Below, piece by piece: positions 59,691 to 64,000 of a stretch of 64,000 bases of DNA (position 1 is the stretch's first letter; every line of letters starts with the position of its first letter). The position numbers and the translations under genes were made by a program. The stretch is taken from positions 756,442 through 820,441 of the forward strand of contig CAWDQF010000007.1 in assembly GCA_963804425.1 (NCBI GenBank), given 5' to 3'. Under the pieces are notes generated by a model. The model saw only the letters and a program-made list of their open reading frames with translations. It searched no databases and was not told where the DNA came from. The stretch is from an uncultured Verrucomicrobiae bacterium. Lineage in GTDB: Bacteria; Verrucomicrobiota; Verrucomicrobiia; Chthoniobacterales; JAFAMB01.

Positions 59691-60047
59691 ATGACCAGCC
59701 AAAAACTTCACGAGATGTTGATCGGGCTGTACCTGGAACTAGGACTTTCGTTGCAGGACGCGCTTCGAGCGGCAGAGGCAGATCTGAAACAACTCGCCTC
59801 CCAGCTATCCGCAAGCGAGATGAGCTCCTTTTTCGGCAGCGAGGGACCGTTTCATGAACAGCACCTGCTCCAATTCCGGAAAAGCGCTAGTTCGCGCCCT
59901 GATCGGCTTAAATTCCCCACCGTGGGAAATTTGCTCTCACTCCACCAGCCTACGCGTGACGTCGAACGACAGGCCGGCGAGCAGTTCCTCGCGGAGATCG
60001 GGCGTGTCGGATATCCCGGCGACAACGTCGTCCAAGAGTCTCTTTGA
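59691..60047 (+). CDS. hypothetical protein
   Basis: ORF only; helical-looking N-terminus. Confidence 0.25.
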   Translation: MTSQKLHEMLIGLYLELGLSLQDALRAAEADLKQLASQLSASEMSSFFGSEGPFHEQHLLQFRKSASSRPDRLKFPTVGNLLSLHQPTRDVERQAGEQFLAEIGRVGYPGDNVVQESL

Positions 60048-60795
60048 GCCGAAGGTCTCGGCCACGAAAATGCATCGTGTCCCGGGATCGCCAGGCGTCG
60101 ATTATTTCGGCTCGATTGCCGTCGCAGAGGGCCAACACTGATTCGTCACCGGGTCCGGCGAAATCGCAGAAGGCAGCCGGCCGGGCCGGGGACCTGTTCA
60201 GGCGGATTGAGGATCGGAGCTCGCACGTGATCGAGCGAGATCATGGAGTCACCTTCATCGTGAGCCACTCGGCGCCGTGTTTGATTCGAAAGACGTTATC
60301 CTTCAAATTCTCTCGATCGGCTTCGATAGCGGCCGCGGCGACGTGAGGGCACATCGAAGAAGGGATCCGGAAAACACCCTCCCGGCTCCCAGATTTGCTC
60401 GCAATCGGCTATAGGTATCGGAGCCGAATACAATATCCAGACCATTCATACGGGCCCGCATATTAGAAAGTGCAAGGCTATCGCTTTATCCTCCCGGAAG
60501 GTGGTAGGTTTTGCGTTTGCGGAAATAGCCGTTTTTTTTCTCGGGCTTCGATTCCGGTTTCAGTTCTCGGGAACCCGAGCGGGCCGACTCTGAGGAAAAG
60601 TGGGGTGCCGAAGAAAAAATGAAATGGGGGCGGCGCTGAGGAGAAGAAAAAATGGGGTAGCTCAGGAGAGAAAAAGAAACGGGGAGGTTCCGAAAGAGAA
60701 ACCTTCGAATCAGCTTAAACATAGCGGCCGGTGGGTACCGGTTTGTTGCGACGTTCTAGCCGCATAGAACACAAATTCGGAAGGATTTCTGTTCA

Positions 60796-63700
60796 ATGCG
60801 AGCTGAAGCGAATCGAGGCACTCCCGTCGACATGAGAACGATCGACATATTCGTTTCTTCCCCCGCAGACGTACAAAAGGAACGTGCTGTAGCGGAACAA
60901 TTGATTCGTTCGGTTGCCGCGGAGTTTAATCTCCCGTTAAACGTCTCCTATTCCAATCCACTACAAGGATCGAAGGAGGAGGACGAGATTAGCGTTGAGC
61001 GTGAAGATTTCGGCGACGAATCGACCCTCGTTTTGTGTCCATACTTTTGGGAGTATCCGGAGTTGGAGGGAGATGACTTCTTGGAACAGATTCCGAACCC
61101 GGGCCAATATGACCTTGTCATTTGTATTCTCTGGTCCCGGCTTGGAACCGCACTGGTCCAGAAGTGTGTCATGCCGGATGGCAGTCGACCGAGGTCCGCA
61201 ACTGATTACGAAGTTGGTTGGGTATTGGATCAGTCGAAGCGAACTCCTGGGTTTCCGGGGTTGCACGTTTACCGGAATCGAGCGACTCCCGCTGCACCGC
61301 TCGAACCGAAAGAAAAACGGGAAAACTTGTGCCGGCAGTGGGATGCGGTGCAGGAGTTTTGCGCGGCATGGGAAAAGAATGGTGGAACAGAGTTTCGCGA
61401 ATGCTGCCATGATTATCAAGACCTGGAAGAGTTCGAAAATTTGTTTCGAGAGCATTTTCGCGATTTCCTCGCACGGCAGTTGGATCGGGCAATTGACTCG
61501 AGGAAAGCGCTGCGAAAGGTCCGTTACTTGGAATCGAACCCTTTTCGGGGTTTAAATTTCTTTGATTTCGAACATGCAGCTCTCTACCACGGCAGAACGA
61601 AAGCCGTCGAGGAAGTGCTTGATGCGTTGAAGAACCAGGCGACGGCCAAGAAGCCCTTCGTCCTGGTGTTGGGTCCCAGCGGTTCTGGAAAGAGTTCCCT
61701 GGTTCGGGCCGGCGTTCTTCCTCTTTTGACTCAGGGTGGGACACCTGTGGGCAATGGACCTTGGCGTCATGCGCTGACCCGACCAGGGGCCGGAGGGGTC
61801 GCCGGGGATCCCTTCGATCCACTAGCCGCCGCGCTGCTTGCCAAATTCGCCCTGCCAGAGCTTCAGGATGCAGCTACGCCCGACGATTGGCGGAATCTCG
61901 CGTCCCAATTAAAAAAAGATCCGGACGGTGCCGCGATCCGGATAACGGAAGTGCTGGATCAGCTCACCCGCCACGAGTTGGATCGTCCCGTTGTCAGGCT
62001 TGCGCCCAGGTTTGAGCACTCCAAGGCAGCCATCATACCGAAGAGGCCGGCACAGGTAAAACCGAAGATGCGGCTGGCGCTCGTTGTAGATCAGTTGGAG
62101 GAGTTGTTTACAGGGGTTTCCCCAGTGCTCCAGCGGAAATATATCGCCGCTCTCTGTGCTTTGGCTAGCTGCGAACGGGTCTTTATTATCGCGACGTTGC
62201 GCAGCGATTTCTACCCCCATTACCAGAAGTTTCCCGAATTGGTCGAACTCACAGCCTTCGGCGGAAGATACGAACTTCAACCTCCGACACCGCGCGGGAT
62301 CGGGAACATGATCCGGTTCCCAGCAGACGCAGCCGGTCTGCGCTTCGAGCGGGATCCTGAAACGAGTCGAAGCTTGGACGAGGCCTTACTGAAGGCAGCG
62401 ATAGCCAGCCCCGAACCGCTCCCGTTGCTCGAACACCTACTTTCACGGTTATATCAGAGACAGCTTGACCGAAAAGATGGTTTGCTACTCTGGTCTGATT
62501 ATCGCGGATTGGGCGAACTTCAGAATGCGTTGGCCCAGCACGCAGAGACCGTGTTCTTAACGTTGAAGCGCGACGAACAGCAAGCGCTTAAATTCGTGAT
62601 CCGGCATCTGGTAGCGCCCGGCCGGGGCGAAGAAGGTCTCTTCAACCGTCGGACCATCCCGTATCGTGATCTCGTTTCATCGCCTAAGCTTAATCAGCGG
62701 CAGAGAGCAGGCGCTAAAGGCTTGGTTGATCGTTTGATCAAAGAGGGACTGTTGAGCGCCGATGCTGATCCGAAACAAGAGCTGTTGATCAGAATTCCCC
62801 AGGAGGTGCTGCTTCGGAAATGGCCAGGAGTCTGGCAATGGTTATCTGAAGATCGACACTTTTTTCGGATGCGAGATCGGCTGAATGCCAGCCTAGGGCT
62901 TTGGCTTAGTCGAGACCGCAAAAGCGATGACCTGCTCGACCGTGGGATCGGCCTGGCCGAAGCGGAGACTTTGCTCAGAGATTTTGGGTCGTCATTAAGC
63001 GAAAGACAGGTCGACTACATTCAAAAGAGCCTTGCGAGGCAAAAACGGCGCCGCTGGGTGCGGGATAATATCGGGTTGGCAGCTATCGCAGGTTTGGCTG
63101 TTTTCGCTGCGGTTGCGGCGGTCGAACGATTCAACCCGGCGAGCCGGCGCAAAAACAGAGAGCAAGACGTCCAACAGGCGCAACAGAATGCCGATCTTGC
63201 CGCTAGCCAGCGGAGCGCACTGGAAACCGAGCTCAAAAAAGCTCAAGAGAAAGAGCAGCTAGCGCAACAGAATGCCGATCTTGCCACTAGCCAGCGGAGC
63301 GCACTGGAAACTCAGCTCAAAAAAGCACAAGAAGAGAAAGCGCAACTAGCGCGACAGGATGCCGATCTTGCCACTGGCCAGCGGAGCGCACTGGAAACTC
63401 AGCTCAAGAAGGCACAAGAGAAAGCGCAACAGGCGCAACAGAATGCCGATCTTGCCGCTAGCCAGCGGATCGCACTGGAAACCCAGCTCAAAAAAGCACA
63501 AGAAGAGAAAGCGCAACTAACGCGACAGGATGCCGATCTTGCCACTAGCCAGCGGATCGCGTTCGAAACTGAGCTCAAGAAAGCTCAAGAGAAAGCGCAA
63601 CTAGCGCAACAGAATGCCGATCTTGCCACTAGCCAGCGGATCGCGTTGGAAACTGAGCTCAAGAAAGCTCAAGAAGAGAAAGCGCAACTAGCGCAACAGG

Positions 63701-64000
63701 ATGCCGATCTTGCCGCTAGCCAGCGGATCGCACTGGAAACCCAGCTCAAAAAAGCACAAGAAGAGAAGGCGCAACTAGCGCAACAGGATGCCGATCTTGC
63801 CACTAGCCAGCGGATCGCGTTCGAAACTGAGCTCAAGAAAGCTCAAGAGAAAGCGCAACTAGCGCAACAGAATGCCGATCTTGCTGCCAGCCAGCGGATC
63901 GCGTTGGAAACTGAGCTCAAGAAAGCTCAAGAGAAGGCGCTACTAGCGCAACAGAATGCCGATCTTGCCGCTAGCCAGCGGAGCGCACTGGAAACCCAGC
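60796..64000 (+). CDS. large multidomain protein, 3'-partial: TIR-like/DUF4062-like N-domain + STAND-type (nSTAND-like) P-loop NTPase + one TM helix + tandem coiled-coil repeats
   Basis: The frame is open from the stop codon at 60757-60759 to the window end (own translation, at least 1068 codons), so it is not in the ORF track. Motifs: IDIFVSSPADVQKERAVAEQLI..YDLVICILWSRLGT..; NPFRGLNFFDFEHAALYHGR; Walker A GPSGSGKSS (61672-61698); LALVVDQLEELF (62074-62109); TM IGLAAIAGLAVFAAVAAV (63070-63123); then 28/29-aa repeats. Confidence 0.8.
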   Translation, partial: MRAEANRGTPVDMRTIDIFVSSPADVQKERAVAEQLIRSVAAEFNLPLNVSYSNPLQGSKEEDEISVEREDFGDESTLVLCPYFWEYPELEGDDFLEQIPNPGQYDLVICILWSRLGTALVQKCVMPDGSRPRSATDYEVGWVLDQSKRTPGFPGLHVYRNRATPAAPLEPKEKRENLCRQWDAVQEFCAAWEKNGGTEFRECCHDYQDLEEFENLFREHFRDFLARQLDRAIDSRKALRKVRYLESNPFRGLNFFDFEHAALYHGRTKAVEEVLDALKNQATAKKPFVLVLGPSGSGKSSLVRAGVLPLLTQGGTPVGNGPWRHALTRPGAGGVAGDPFDPLAAALLAKFALPELQDAATPDDWRNLASQLKKDPDGAAIRITEVLDQLTRHELDRPVVRLAPRFEHSKAAIIPKRPAQVKPKMRLALVVDQLEELFTGVSPVLQRKYIAALCALASCERVFIIATLRSDFYPHYQKFPELVELTAFGGRYELQPPTPRGIGNMIRFPADAAGLRFERDPETSRSLDEALLKAAIASPEPLPLLEHLLSRLYQRQLDRKDGLLLWSDYRGLGELQNALAQHAETVFLTLKRDEQQALKFVIRHLVAPGRGEEGLFNRRTIPYRDLVSSPKLNQRQRAGAKGLVDRLIKEGLLSADADPKQELLIRIPQEVLLRKWPGVWQWLSEDRHFFRMRDRLNASLGLWLSRDRKSDDLLDRGIGLAEAETLLRDFGSSLSERQVDYIQKSLARQKRRRWVRDNIGLAAIAGLAVFAAVAAVERFNPASRRKNREQDVQQAQQNADLAASQRSALETELKKAQEKEQLAQQNADLATSQRSALETQLKKAQEEKAQLARQDADLATGQRSALETQLKKAQEKAQQAQQNADLAASQRIALETQLKKAQEEKAQLTRQDADLATSQRIAFETELKKAQEKAQLAQQNADLATSQRIALETELKKAQEEKAQLAQQDADLAASQRIALETQLKKAQEEKAQLAQQDADLATSQRIAFETELKKAQEKAQLAQQNADLAASQRIALETELKKAQEKALLAQQNADLAASQRSALETQ
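63160..64000 (+). repeat. tandem 84/87-nt in-frame repeats (at least 10 copies, continuing beyond the window)
   Basis: gccgatcttgc recurs at 63190, 63274, 63361, 63445, 63532, 63616, 63703, 63790, 63874 and 63958. The units encode QQ(N/D)ADLAxSQRxAxETxLKKAQE(E)KAQLA. Confidence 0.95.

Noticed and set aside
60040-60480. Possible small toxin-antitoxin-like gene pair on the minus strand, with an ATGA overlap near 60240.
   Set aside because: The reading frames are short and broken, and I could recognise no PIN/RelE/HTH motif. The coding status is unsupported.
60948-63246. Minus-strand ORFs (60961..61455, 61169..61822, 61909..62280, and others) and short + ORFs in other frames.
   Set aside because: All lie inside the long open +1 frame, which has clear P-loop NTPase motifs, and their sequences are low-complexity shadows.

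Overview
64-kb chromosomal window from a moderately GC-rich, probably soil-dwelling bacterium. The phylum cannot be fixed by eye; the dispersed palindromic repeats and the gene mix fit Verrucomicrobiota or Acidobacteriota. Most of the window is ordinary metabolism and housekeeping: ABC-F ATPase, GlgX, oligopeptidase B, GH3 beta-glucosidase, MoeA, NadA, Bcp, an RsmA-Nudix fusion, an RRM RNA-binding protein, Fe-ADH, an APC permease, and AckA-Pta convergent with phosphoketolase.

The accessory content sits in four places:
- Left end: a frameshifted IS110 transposase with a structured upstream region, an IS481 element with clear terminal inverted repeats, and several MITE-like or tandem hairpin repeats.
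- 10.8-14.0 kb: an ECF sigma / anti-sigma operon. It is preceded by two tandem paralogous small membrane-protein genes, each behind the same promoter-like motif, and followed by a bactofilin-like/RDD fusion protein.
- 14.2-23.4 kb: a tRNA-Ser(GCT) followed by about 9 kb rich in hypothetical genes and pseudogenes.
- Right end: a very large ORF (60796 to beyond 64000, + strand) that is missing from the supplied ORF track because it never closes inside the window. It reads as a TIR-like/DUF4062-like N-domain, then a STAND-type P-loop NTPase, one TM helix, and an array of near-identical 28/29-aa coiled-coil repeats. This is my best candidate for an undescribed conflict or signalling system.

Several accessory genes carry frameshifts, some at homopolymer runs. 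Real gene decay and assembly error cannot be told apart from the sequence alone. All family assignments come from motif recognition by eye; no database search was run.
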